In this document: positions 48,391 through 60,670 of the stretch, piece after piece | Layout of the letters: every line of letters starts with the position of its first letter | Numbering within the stretch: position 1 is the stretch's first letter | Source of the DNA: Haliotis cracherodii | Taxonomy: Eukaryota | Direction of reading: 5' to 3' | Assembly: GCF_022045235.1 (NCBI RefSeq) | Contig: NW_027266274.1 | Location: 17,174,001-17,238,000 of the forward strand | Length of the DNA stretch: 64,000 nt | Program-made: the position numbers and the translations under genes | Notes under the pieces: generated by a model | Databases searched by the model: none | What the model saw: only the letters and a program-made list of their open reading frames with translations | Told to the model about the DNA's origin: nothing

Positions 48391-49213
48391 ATGACGGGTT
48401 TATATCCTATCCTTAATGAAGTATCGGAATAGATGGATACTGTTGATGGAATTCGAAAACATCAAATAAGTGAAATAAAACATCAACTACAGAAGGAGCG
48501 GGATTCTCAAATTGGATTATAAAACAAGTATCGCGGAGTTGTGAATGCTGTTGGTGGAGTGGACATTACGCTTATACAGTCAACTGCGGTTATAACGAAC
48601 ACGCTTATAACGAACTGACGGATATAACGAACTTACTTTTTGGTCCCGACTATTTGCTGTAGTTATGCTGTATATATGCTTATAACGAACTACGGTTGTA
48701 ACGAACTAAAATTAGTAGTCCCTTTGAGTTCGTTATAACCGTACTTTACTGTAGTTGCTAGCATGGGCTTGGTGCAGCTGACGTTGGTTTGTCTCTGGAC
48801 TGACAGGAATAACTCGCCAGATGCAAAAGAAAGCACTAAAACATGATAGTATTCGTGGGCTGGCTGACGCAAAGTTAAACAGCATTGACGAGCATGTATC
48901 AACAGCACTGGCTCAGGGTGAGATATCTATGCAAAAGAAAGCACTAACACATGATAGTATTCGTGGGCTGGCTGACGCAACGTTAAACAGCACTGACGAG
49001 CATGTATCAACAGCACTGGCTCAGGGTGAGATATCTATGCAAAAGAAAGCACTAAAACGTGATAGTATTCGTGGGCTGGCTGACGCAAAGTTAAACAGCA
49101 TTGACGAGCATGTATCAACAGCACTGGCTCGTGGTGAGATATCTATGGAAGATTTTCGTTTAGTGTTGTCAGAACTCACCAAAGACAACACAATGAAGCA
49201 GGATATTCGATAA
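48391..49213 (+). pseudogene. Polinton/adintovirus-associated hypothetical protein, disrupted
   Basis: MTGLYPIL...QISEIKHQLQKERD...KYRGVVNAVGGVDITLIVASMG...KKALKHDSIRGLADAKLNSIDEHVSTAL..GEISMEDFRLVLSE. Disrupted by stops, a MITE insertion and a 108-bp triplication. Family assignment is from recall and proximity to PolB. Confidence 0.55.
48577..48751. mobile_element. Tc1/mariner (pogo/Tigger-like) MITE
   Basis: CAGTCAACTGCGGTTATAACGAAC / GTTCGTTATAACCGTACTTTACTG TIRs with TA TSD; removing it restores the reading frame DITLIVASM. Confidence 0.85.
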
Positions 49214-49483
49214 AATTCGAATGGGTCGGGTTGTGATCTGCGGGGGCTGGTTGGAAAGGGGAGGGTGTCATATAGCTGGAATATTGCTGAGTGCGGCGTT
49301 AAAAAACAAACAAACAAACAAACAATAACAGTTGTATTTAGACGGCTCAGGTGTACATGTTTCAGTTTTTCAATCGACTACTCGGCGGTGGCTGGAGACC
49401 TGTCCGAACACAAGCGGGATGTGTCTCTAGTCAACTACATCGACATCACAGAACAACAGCCACATCACAGGACAACAGCGACA

Positions 49484-52400
49484 TCATAGGGTGTGGTTCC
49501 TGAGCGAGTCGACGTATATCCACTCCATGGCGCGATATGGCGACAACAGTTTGCAATAGAACATCCCGGCCAAGGACGAAATCACGAAATCCACGGGCGT
49601 TATCAAGGAAGCGGAAGTCACCTCGAGCGCATGCTCCGTTTCTGTAAACTGAAGTTTCCATGGTAACCACTCTAGTCCGGTCTTGAGATTGGTGTCGTTC
49701 TTGAAAACCAGCGGCCGTACAGCTCGAGTGCGATACCGATACTGTGCCCGGAGGGAGGAGGAAGTAACAGCCAGTTTCGTCGCGGCCTGTGGGCAGAGAG
49801 AACATTTCATTATTTTATTATTACGAAGTCGTAAAGACCTGGGTGCCGTTGTACAAAGCAACCTTAGCGCTACGACAGTCGTAAGTCTATGTAAGGGTAT
49901 TGGAGTTACAATCACCTTAGCGCTAAGACCACTTTGTACAACGGCACCCGGGCAGTCTCCTACCCAGAGTTCCATGCGGCCAGCATCGTACCTCTGCCAT
50001 AGGCCAGCGCCATGTAACAATTCGTCACATCTTACACAGTCAATTCAAAATATTGCACATGTTTTTTCAGCTGTTTCATTTTTGACAAGTCTGTATATTT
50101 AGATGAACATATGTCATAGAATGGTTAACTATCACTGAGCAAATATCCTAAATCGTGAAAAACTATTTCCATTTGCGTAGTTATCCTATGTTTACATTGG
50201 TTGTACGGCTCCGCGTGCTGTTTTCGAAGCGATACGGCCACTTTGATGTATAAATATATATACGTTGAATGCACCTCAATATCGCAGTTGTAGTAGCATA
50301 TCTATATGATTATGCAACATAATATATACAGCGCCTCAACATACTTGCATTAGGCTTATTTGTTCTGATTTCAGAATAAGCGCGTTCGTTCGTTTACAAT
50401 CAAAAGAAAAGTCCGGTCACGTAATATGCAAATTTGACGGTGGCAGTGGTGTTATGCTAAGTCATCACTGTGTCGGACTCAGACGACCTGGCTTGTGCCA
50501 TTCATTAAGACGTGTTACGACATTGGGGTGTTACGACCTTGTTATCATGCTACTAAGGCGTTATGACTGGTTATCATTATACTAAGGCGTCAGTACAACT
50601 ATGGTTATCATGCTATTAAGACGTTACGACCTATTTATCATGCTACAAAGACGTTACGACTGATTATCATGCTATTACGACGTTACGGCCTATTTATCAT
50701 TCTACTAAGACATTACGACTGCTTATCATGTTATTAAGACGTTACGACCTAGTTATCATGCTACTATGGCGTTACGATTGGTTATCCTGCTACTAAGACG
50801 TTACGACTGGTTATCATGTTATTAAGACGTTACGACCTATTTATCATGCTACTAAGACGTTTCGACTGGTTATCATGCTACTAAGGCGTTACGGCTGTTA
50901 TCATGCTACTAAGACGTTACGACCTAGTTATCATGCTACTAAGGCGTTACGACTGGTTATCATGTTACTCATGGTTGAACCTGGATCTGACAGAGGTATC
51001 GTGGAGACGGTATCCACTTGGTCGGAAGATACCCGGTGATCCTGTTCAGCAGTACCTCGTTAATTTCCCTGCAACTTCCGGCTGAGTCTGTAACAGTGCT
51101 GGCACCAGGGGTCGCTGCTTGAACAATTGCGTCACGTGATTTCATCTTAACCTCGAGTTGTAGAGGAGAGTCAAGGTTCGTGGAGATGTCCAGGGGGTTG
51201 GAGGGAAGGTCAACGTGGGTGTAGGTGTCGACAACTACTTCATCTTGTCCCGTCTTGTTGATCTTTGGTTTCGAAGAACCGAAGTCCACCGAGTCATACA
51301 CGGTGTTGACCACCTACATGAAACATAAAGTCGCTATCAATAGATAGAGACTATTTCATGAAACATAAAGTCGCTATCAATAGACAGAGACTATTTCATG
51401 AAACATAAAGTCGCTATCACTAGATAGAGACTATTTCATGATAATTAAGTAGCTTTTAATAGATACAGACTATTTCAAGGAAAATAAAGTAGCTTTTAAT
51501 TGATAGAGACTATTTCAAGAAAAATAAAGTAGATTTAATAGATAAAGACTATTTCATGAAACATTAGGTAGCTTTTAATAGAGAGAGACTATTTCAAGAA
51601 AAATAAAGTAGCTCTTGATAGATAGAGACTATCTTCATGAAACATTAAGTAGCTTTTAATAGACAGAGACTATTTCACGAAAATTTAAGTAGATTTAATA
51701 CATAGAGACTATTTCATGAAACATTAAGTAGCTTTTAATTAATGGAGACTATTTCAAGAAAAATAAAGTAGCTCTTGATAGATAGAGATTATCTTCATGA
51801 AACATTAAGTCGCTATCAATAGATAGAGACTATTTCATGAAACATTAAGTAGCTCTTGACAGATAGAGACTATTTCATGAAACACTAAGTCGCTATCAAT
51901 AGATAGAGACTGTGTCATGAAACATTAAGTCGCTATCAATAGTTAGGGACTATTTCATGAAACATTAAGTAGCTCTTGATAGATAGAGACTATTTCATGA
52001 AACATTAAGTAGCTCTTGACAGATAGAGACTATTTCATGAAACACTAAGTCGCTATCAATAGATAGAGACTGTGTCATGAAACATTAAGTCGCTATCAAT
52101 AGTTAGGGACTATTTCATGAAACATTAAGTAGCTCTTGATAGATAGAGACTACCTTCATGAAACATTAAGTAGCTCTTGACAGATAGAGACTATTTCATG
52201 AAACATTAAGTCGCTATCAATAGATAGAGACTGTGTCATGAAACATTAAGTCGCTATCAATAGTTAGGGACTATTTCATGAAACATTAAGTAGCCCTTGA
52301 TAGATAGAGACTACCTTCATGAAACATAGAGTATGAAACCGTCTGCCAGGCGTGTGACGCCATCAAGCCCGTTGATGGTGGTAGCAACCACATCGTGCGT

Positions 52401-55101
52401 GACCCACACTCAGTTAATGTTGTGTTATATAACTACGTAACATCACCAGATTCGCTGACTAGTGGGGCGTATGTACGAGCAGTGTAGCTCACCATCATGT
52501 ACCTGTGCTTGTACAGACAATCTAGCACAGATAACAATCACCTGGAGTGTTGTGCCCACGTTGCCAGCAAGGATCTTCTGTGCCTGGACGCTCCATCCGG
52601 ACACCAAGTGCTTATTCTCGTCCAGCGTCTTCATTTGAAGCAGAGGCTGGAACGGAGAACGAAATACCTAGCAAGTGCTTAAACAGAGGACGCAATACCT
52701 AGCAAGGGCTGAATTAGAGAACGCAATACCTAGCAAGGGCTGAATTAGAGAACGCAATACCTAGCAAGGGCTGAATTAGAGAACGCAATATCTAGCGAAG
52801 GCTTAAACAAAGAACGCTATATCTAGCAAGGGCTGGGTTAGAGAACGCAATATCTAGCAAGGGCTGGATTGGAGAACGCAATATCTAGCAAGGGCTGGGT
52901 TAGAGAACGCAATACTTTCCAGCTTCCTCTCACATCACTCCGACATAGTCCACACAGCAGCTGGTTGGGATGGGTGCAGCTGGGTGCAGCTGGGCGCAGT
53001 TGGGCGCAGTACATTTGGAAGCTCTCTCCATCCATGAAATAAAGTTTTTCACATCGAATATAGAAGGATGAAGGTAGTTGCATTGTGCGTTATCTAAGCC
53101 AACAGCCCTACCTCCATGATGCTGCTGGTGTTCCTATACGCCTGGGTCAAGGCCGCCTGTGCACTTGTCACGTGACTTGTAGGCTGCTGCAGAGTAACAA
53201 CCATGAAGTCGTTGCAGTGCCGAGCTATTGCTATGTGCGCAGTCGTCAGGTTCACTTCCGGGTCAATGTCCTTCTCGAGGACGCTTGGTGGCATTGTACC
53301 AGACGCAAACTGGCCGTGGTTTATTCCAGGCATGACGACGACGGGAGTGCGGTACATGGCGCTGACGTTGTGAGCGACGTCGCCTTTCAGTTCCCTGTTG
53401 ACAAGGACAGTTTCCCTTCTTTATGTAAGACACGATATCCTCGTAACATCACGTTCACGCAATATGCATTACAGATTCATAGATCAGCGGCTGCTCGTCA
53501 TCACCATGTATTGTATTCAGGCCATAGGCCCATATACATAGTATTACAATAATATTATATATATACAATTGTGTACATGTACAAGTTTAAACATGCAGAC
53601 TTATATGCACAGAGATGTGCACGTGTACAATTTTGTGAAAAATAAATCGCATCACAACACAACAAGAAGATTAAAGCATTTGATTAATAAAGGCAAATAA
53701 CCTCAAGAATAATTAAACATCATTTGTACAAAGACGGTTGCGAAGTCGTAAACTATAATTAATGTATAGGATAGTATTCTTTTGTTGCTCGTTAGATATT
53801 TCATCAAAACGGAGCAGCTTGATTAGTGTATTGATGTTTTGGGGTAAACCTTGGAAATATTTTGTTCTGAGCGATTCATAACATGGAGATGTCAGTACAA
53901 CGCGTTTCTATGTTACACGTCTGTTTAACGTCGCCGTCTAAACGACATTTCAGTGATAACACGCGGTTGCAGCTTATTGTGGATGGGATTGAGTGAGTGA
54001 GTGATTGAGTGAGTGATTGAGTGAGTGAGTATGGTTTCACGCAACATCTGTAGAACTCGTGCCGACAACGACCCCTTCAGCTTTAGTATTCACCAATAAC
54101 ATGGTTCACTTAATCTCGTAGCATATAATGCATATAACTTACTTTTAATAAAGATATGACTATTATTTCGCGAGAATTATAATGCGTCCTTCATTTTTGT
54201 AAGTGCGACGTGTGTCTCAGTGATTTCGCAAGACTTACTCTATACCATGTCCTATTCTGTCCTACAATTCTCACGGAACCGGAAGTAATATACGGTCATG
54301 TGCAGAATTCTCAGTACGTCACTAGTGAGTGAGTGAGTATGGTTCTACGCCACTTTTAGCTACATTCCAGCAATACCACGGCGGGGAACACCAGAAATTG
54401 GCTTCACACATTGTCTCGGGTCTTCGGCGTGACCAACGGAACTGGACGGAACTAAACGGAAAGCCTTAGGTGACGATGCGGGTTGGAAACATAATACCAA
54501 AGGGCACGGGTATGGAGTCGACAGATCCAGGCGATCACAATATCAGAGGATCCTGTTACAGTTAAGGGACACTACTTTTTTATTTGCCCTTGAAATCTGC
54601 AAGAAACTCATGTGTTTTGAATTTGCAGAGCAGCAAAGTAGATAGTGTTACTTTAACGGTCTGCTATCACTCACTGGAAGGTGTCGGCGATCCTGGTGAT
54701 ACGTGTCAAACCGTCCAGGTCGCCGGAGATAGTGAGAACAGGAATAGGGTACTGCGACAGAGCATTCCCCTTGGTGATGTACGACGCCAACAGCAGGATC
54801 CCCTTTAACTCATGTGCGTGGGAATTTCCATACTCGCCAACAAAGACCCCTGACAAAACACCGCATACACGCGTACATAACTCAAGTCTATTACAGGACT
54901 CGATTTGAGGTACTGGATTTACCTTGCACCGGGTGCACGTTGACATGAAAAGCTAGTTGCACACTAAAGGTGCAACATAGATGCATCAAGTAATCTAGAT
55001 AAGTACAAGGATCTCTGATGATTATGTCATGTGTCGTGAATTCGACATGACAGACGGACTAGTGAAGTAGTGTGATAAGTAAAGCTTAGATATGGTCACA
55101 C

Positions 55102-55168
<67 letters not shown>

Positions 55169-58100
55169 ATCTCTAAGCTTTACTTACCACACTACATCAC
55201 TAGTCCGTCTGTCATGTCGACTTCATATTTACTTCATGTCGACTTCATGTACCGACAAATATATATTTGTCACTTCAGTTCAGTTTATTCTCAGAAAATC
55301 CCACCAACGATTGTACATGAGAAACATTATAATATAAATTCAGAATATAATAAAAATATCCGTATCAAGATGATAGGAGAATTGTGCAAATACATATAGG
55401 ATCAAAGGTTACAAAGAAATATGATAGAAATAAAGTAACAAGAGTCTCATACACGTTTTCGAACAGCTTCAACATTTCTAAATATGGTATTGATGAATTT
55501 GGACAAGTTTTTCATATCTTTGACTTAAATGCTGCATAAACATTTTTTAAATTTATGCAAATTAGGCCATTCAGAAAGATCTTAAGGTATGTACATAGAC
55601 CGCCACTGGAGAAGAGCTTCACATCTAAACAGGTAATGAAACTCGTCACCAACCGCGGGAGAACTACATTAATTACATAAACGTTCTACTCTTGGGATAT
55701 CAGGCCAGCGTCCAGTTTCAGTTTCAGTTATGGTTTGTGGTTCTGAATTTTAAGATTTGGTGACAAACATTTTTAGGCTTCTATAGATATTTTTCAAAGG
55801 TTATATTTTCTTTAAACATTTTATAGTACATACCCTAAGAACTCTCAGTAATGGAACTGTGCTAATTCTGCAGGAACTGGTCTTTCAACATTTCTTTAAC
55901 TTTTAAAGCTGGCCTTGGAGATGAACACAGGAACGGGTTGTCGAATATTTCACCGAGACCACAGTTGTTTAGTATTATCTTGACAAGTGTTGTCCATTTT
56001 AGTTTTTTTTCAGAGATGCAAGCGTAGTAATGTGCGATCAATGTATAGACCATATTTGTTAATTTGGGAGTTTGATTATAGATTGCCAGTTTATGCCAGA
56101 ATAGAATAACACGTTTGTACATTTTGATATGGAGGGTTCCCTGCCGAGCTGCCCGTAAATCATATAATTTGGTGTTGCATTTCGAAGACCTGCTGCCAGT
56201 TTAAGAAATTTTAAGTGACCTTTTTCTATTAGTTTTATGTTTTCAAATGCCCAGATTTCCCAGCAGTACATTAGGATCGGGGAAATCAAAGAATCAAATG
56301 CGGATTTTAAACAACTCAAAGGCAACTTAATATTACGTCTTATTAAGTAATGAGAGCATAGCTTTTGTTGCATTTTCTACTAAGGTTTTGATGGCTTCTA
56401 CAAATCTCCCGTTTCTGTTAAACTTTATTCAAAGGTAAGTATAGTTATTGACAATTTCTATAGTTTGGTTGCCATAGGTGAATGAATATTTCAGATTGCT
56501 GTTTCTAGCAGGCCTGGTTCCAAAAACTATTATTTTGGTTTTGGACAAGTTTACATTTAGTTTCCATCGTGAACAGTAATTATGAAAATTGTCAAGTGAT
56601 TGTTGTAGGTCTGCAGGGTCTTCACTGAATAAGGCAGCAGCATCTGCGTATAACAAAACGATAAACTGCAGGCAAAATATTAGATTGTCATTGATTGGTT
56701 GCGCCTTAGTGCATGTTTATGCAACATATGTTTCATTGTCCAGAACAATTATGGCAGTAACACAATGGCTGAACGGAAATGCATAAAAGTGTTTTGTATA
56801 TCTGCTGTGGTAAAGTTATTAATATTATTCATAATTAAACTTTTCAAAGTTATAGTTGCTTTGTTGTAATATTATCTTATAATGAACGAGATCAATAGAG
56901 GCATGCAGATATTGTTAAAATTGAAACCCACAACGTTGTGAGTGCGTAGTTTTTATTCAACCATGAATCATACTTCTCTATGAGAGTTATCTCCCTGTGC
57001 TTAGCGTGATGTATGTTTACTCCTGTAGCCTGGCACGTCAATTATTCACGCTGTACAAAAGCGCTCGTACCTCGCTAAACGGAAACTTGGTCGACGTTTC
57101 CCGCCCGTCCCCATGACAGAGCTTGCCATCCTTTGATCTTTGAGCCCGAGTAACACAAACATGTTTAGTGTACTAATGTACAGCTAGAAATGTTTTAAGA
57201 TATTTTCATAATGATTTCTGCATTTCGTACGTACACGTAACATTATCTATGCGTGAGACAAAGATATGGTTCCTCTCAAAAATGTGTTAACATCGATCTT
57301 ACAATTGCTCGCATCATAAAGTGTACCTCCCTTTGATCATTGACCCCGATTTACACATAATTGTACATGGTTAGCATAATAAGATACAATTAGGAATGTT
57401 TTAAAACATATTTTTATAATTATTTATGGATCTCGTATGTACACATCATTATACCTGTGCGATATAACGATAAGATTTCTTTTTAAAGTTTGTTTACATT
57501 TTTCCAACTATTACGCATCTCCATGTTACTTTCTCTTACCAAAAACAAACAAAGTAAATTATACATCCAGAAGAGCGGATTAACAATACAGTTTTCAAGG
57601 TGCCTATCGTGACAAGCATTATAATTACATCAGAAACCATTATCCAGCCGATAAGTAGATTGATAGTAAGGCTAGTAGATTGATAGTAAGCCAAGTAGAA
57701 TGGTGGTAGGGTGGGTAGATTAATAGTAAGTCACGTAGATTGATAGTAAGTCACGTAGAGTGATAGTAAGCCAAGTAGATTGATAGTAAGCAAAGTAGAA
57801 TGGCGATAGGGCGAGTAGATTGATAGTAAGTCACGTAGAGTGATAGTAAGCCAAGTAGATTGATAGTAAGGCTAGTAGAATGGCGGTAGGCCGACAAGAT
57901 TGATAGTAAGGCTAGTAGAATATCATATGACAGTTCGACAAGCCAATAGGGAGGTCAGTCCTGCTAATTCAGTCGTGTAAGGTCCTCCCTGGTTATACCT
58001 ATGTATCAAGGGACATATATTTCAAACATTCATCCAAACGGAACCTTTATGATTTTACCTCCTAAACTGTGACCAGCCAGGAAAATGTTATCAGAGGTCA

Positions 58101-58917
58101 TCCCGCGCTTCCGGAGCTGCGCAGTCGCGTTTGCTATACCCTTGGGCAGCTCTACTGGATTTGGAAGGTCATCGAGGAATTCCCCGAGCACGACGACCCA
58201 GAGTCTCAGGACTGCCGACAGTTGGATCTGAGTACCTGCAACACAACATCTCGTGTATCTGCCCCGCTCAACCCCCTTCACCAACTTGCCCATGTGGTCC
58301 CGTGAACATCCGGGTTAGAAATGGTCTTTAACAACCCATGCTTGTCGTGATAGGCGACGAACGGGATCGGGTAGTCAGGCTCGCTGACTTGGTTGGTACA
58401 TGTCATCGTATCCTGATTGCGTAGATCGGTGTTTTCATAACCACTGAATTATCTGGTCCAGACTCGGTTATTTACAGACCGCCGTCATATAGCTGGAATA
58501 TTGCTGTGTGCGGCAACCAACCAACCCACATCAATCGATCAATCAATCAATCAATCAATCAACCATTAAGTCAATCAATCATTAAGTCAATCATTCAATC
58601 AACAAACAATGCTGTTTCAGGTGTAAATCTTTGCAACAGTATCAATCGATAATGCTACACAGTAAATAACAATGTTCACAAGAATGACGTTTTCAAAAAT
58701 CATGCCGTACACGTCGTCTTAATTGTAGGTAGTTCGTGTCGTAGGACAGAAACTTACCTAATGGTATATAGGCTTCTCCCTTCAGATATGCCCCAGGAAC
58801 AATAATCAGCGCCGCCTCTGGCCCTGTTTCGATCAGAGGGGGGAGAACGTGGGGGGTGACCGCGAAAGAACACGTTACCCATCCAAGAACGGCCACGACA
58901 ACAACAACCTTCCACAT
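49484..58917 (-). CDS. Secreted alpha/beta-hydrolase (Abhydrolase_5-like) paralog A, 7 exons, 486 aa
   Basis: Exons 58917-58758, 58235-58059, 54849-54675, 53394-53112, 52646-52542, 51313-51056, 49786-49484. All GT-AG, same phases as paralog B (1461 nt). Signal peptide MWKVVVVVAVLGWVTCSFA; triad GHSLGG / SGDLDG / INHGQF; C-terminus FYCKLLSPYRAMEWIYVDSLR. Confidence 0.93.
49838..49952. mobile_element. Short MITE (Harbinger-like)
   Basis: GGGTGCCGTTGTACAAAG / CTTTGTACAACGGCACCC inverted termini. Confidence 0.7.
50510..50970. repeat. About 29-30-bp minisatellite
   Basis: Unit about GTTATCATGCTACTAAGACGTTACGACTG. Confidence 0.88.
51317..52330. repeat. 40-bp minisatellite abutting an exon-6 acceptor
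   Basis: Unit CATGAAACATTAAGTAGCTCTTGATAGATAGAGACTATTT. Confidence 0.93.
52655..52915. repeat. About 31-bp minisatellite abutting an exon-5 acceptor
   Basis: Unit AGAGAACGCAATACCTAGCAAGGGCTGAATT. Confidence 0.88.
54326..54435 (-). mobile_element. SINE family 2 fragment
   Basis: (GTGA)n tail, CCAGAAATTGGCTTCACACATTGT and TCGGGTCTTCGGCGTGAC. Confidence 0.7.
55042..55220. repeat. Inverted repeat enclosing a (TA)n microsatellite
   Basis: About 52-bp arms TCGACATGACAGACGGACTAGTGA... / ...TCACTAGTCCGTCTGTCATGTCGA flank about 30 TA units. Confidence 0.85.
55285..56660 (-). mobile_element. Degenerate RTE-X-like LINE 3' fragment
   Basis: LYADAAALFSEDPADLQQSLD...WKLNVNLSKTKIIVF...YTYL; SPILMYCWEIW; RLRNATPNYMIYGQLGR-like segment; CN.C...GDEFHYLF.C zinc finger near 55620-55690. 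Confidence 0.85.
56660..56975. repeat. Dispersed repeat, inverted copy of 60671-60970
   Basis: About 300 bp of reverse-complement homology (e.g. CACAACGTTGTGAGTGCGTAGTTTTTATT vs AATAAAAACTACGCACTCAAAACGTTGTG). Confidence 0.8.
57652..57920. repeat. 20-bp minisatellite
   Basis: Unit AGTAGATTGATAGTAAGCCA. Confidence 0.85.
58297..58530 (+). mobile_element. SINE family 1 (single-motif subfamily)
   Basis: GTCCCGTGAACATCCGGG...GCTTGTCGTGATAGGCGAC...GCTGGAATATTGCTGTGTGCGGC(AACC)n. Confidence 0.82.
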
Positions 58918-60099
58918 CCTCAGCTCGCAGCGACTGAACGACCTGGAACCTGTGCGATCTCATGTATTCATATCAGTAATATACAAGGCTGGGTCATGTG
59001 ATAGTTAGTTTGGCCGATAAACAGCGCCAAGCACATGCGTCTGGGTTCACGAGAACTTCCACAGTTGTCCATTGACGACTTTCGACAGATGGTGGCTGCT
59101 TCTTTTTGTTTATTGTTTGTTGTTTCGTGTCGGCATGCAAAAGAAACGCGAATACCTATTATGTTGGTCAATAGAAGAAGAATTACTCATATTCAAGCGA
59201 TCTTAGATTAGTTCGACGCACAAACGAACATATTGGTATGTTGCGTGAATCGACGGCCATGGACGCATCACATGTGACGTCATAGATCCATGACTTGAGA
59301 TGCACCATTTGTTTCATGCAGGATTAGCGTGTAAAGTTTGGAAATCACATGCAGCATATCGTGATAAGAATAAAGACACTCTGTGGTGACACTTGACTGG
59401 TTTTGTCATTAAGTGGTACACATTGGAAACATCTATTTTAACGTACATACCTCTATATATGTTTTTTTTTATGGTTCGCGTTTCTTTTGGCTTTGAGTAC
59501 ATGTATATATCAGGATCAGGGTTACATTCTCTGCATATCTCCGTGAACCAATCATCGACGTCTAGTCATGTTTAGACAAACCGATATAAGCATCACGTGG
59601 TCCATCATGGGGGTGGTGGGTTTTTTAAAAAGAAAAGACACAGCTCATTATTTAGTGTAAGTAAAAATCTCCATCTCCTTGAAAAACAATCTCATCCTCA
59701 AAAAAAGAAGCAGTCTCGACCGCAATACGGCCATCCTCATCAATACAGAGTATGTCGTGAGCAAAGCCATAATGTTTGACATCGAGACATGAGCATGACA
59801 GACATGTCTGTGACACGTATTTATTAGTAAATCCTTGGACAGGGTTATTGACTTCACTTGTCCCGCTGTGATATGACTGAAACAGTTGTTGAATGTGACA
59901 TGAAATGTTTCATTTATCCCTACTTGGAAACAAATACAACATAAACATACTTGTCAAAAGACATGAATTATAAATCAACGTCATAAAAAACTATGCCTTG
60001 AATGAGAACAAAAAAGAAGGTATTGTGTCCAAAGTTTGGAGGGTGGGATCAGTTGTTCAGTATTCGATCAACCGGCAAAACTGAAATCATTTTAATCCT

Positions 60100-60530
60100 T
60101 CCTAATGTCACAACTGTCAGTCAATATTGTGTATGTGCCCACCACGGGAATCTATGCACGCACCAACTTGACCCTGAGGAGATGTGACACGTCTGATCAC
60201 TGTAGCACACAAGAAATGGGATTCAACGCCATTCTTCTCAGAGGGCCTGTGCCGACTGATCCTTGGTATAAGGGCGACCTAGCCATGCTCTAATTTGACG
60301 TTCAAGGTAGTCTCACAAGAGTCCTATAGGTGATAAGTCTGGTGATTGTGTTGGCCAGGGCAAGATGTATGGGGACTTGTGTTGTTTTGTTGAAAAAGGG
60401 TCTGTCCTGTTTTGTTGCAAGAACGGTAGTACAACAGAGACTGGTCAATGTGACGCTGTCCAGTGACGTTTCCTTCCAAAATAACCAGATCTGTCTTGAC
60501 TTGGCTACAGATGCTGCATTGCAGGATTAA
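60100..60530 (-). pseudogene. Tc1 transposase C-terminal relic
   Basis: VKTDLVILEGNVTGQRHIDQ...LFQQNNTSPHT and a terminal WWAHTQY (GGHTRY-like) segment. Confidence 0.7.
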
Positions 60531-60670
60531 TGTTGCCACATTGACGGGATTACAGATGCTGCAGTGCATGGCTAATGATGCCCAATCTCATTAAAATCAT
60601 ATCTAAGTTCTCGCTGCCGCTAAACAAAGATCTGAGGACATTCCATTACGGGTCATGTCAGAACGATGAA

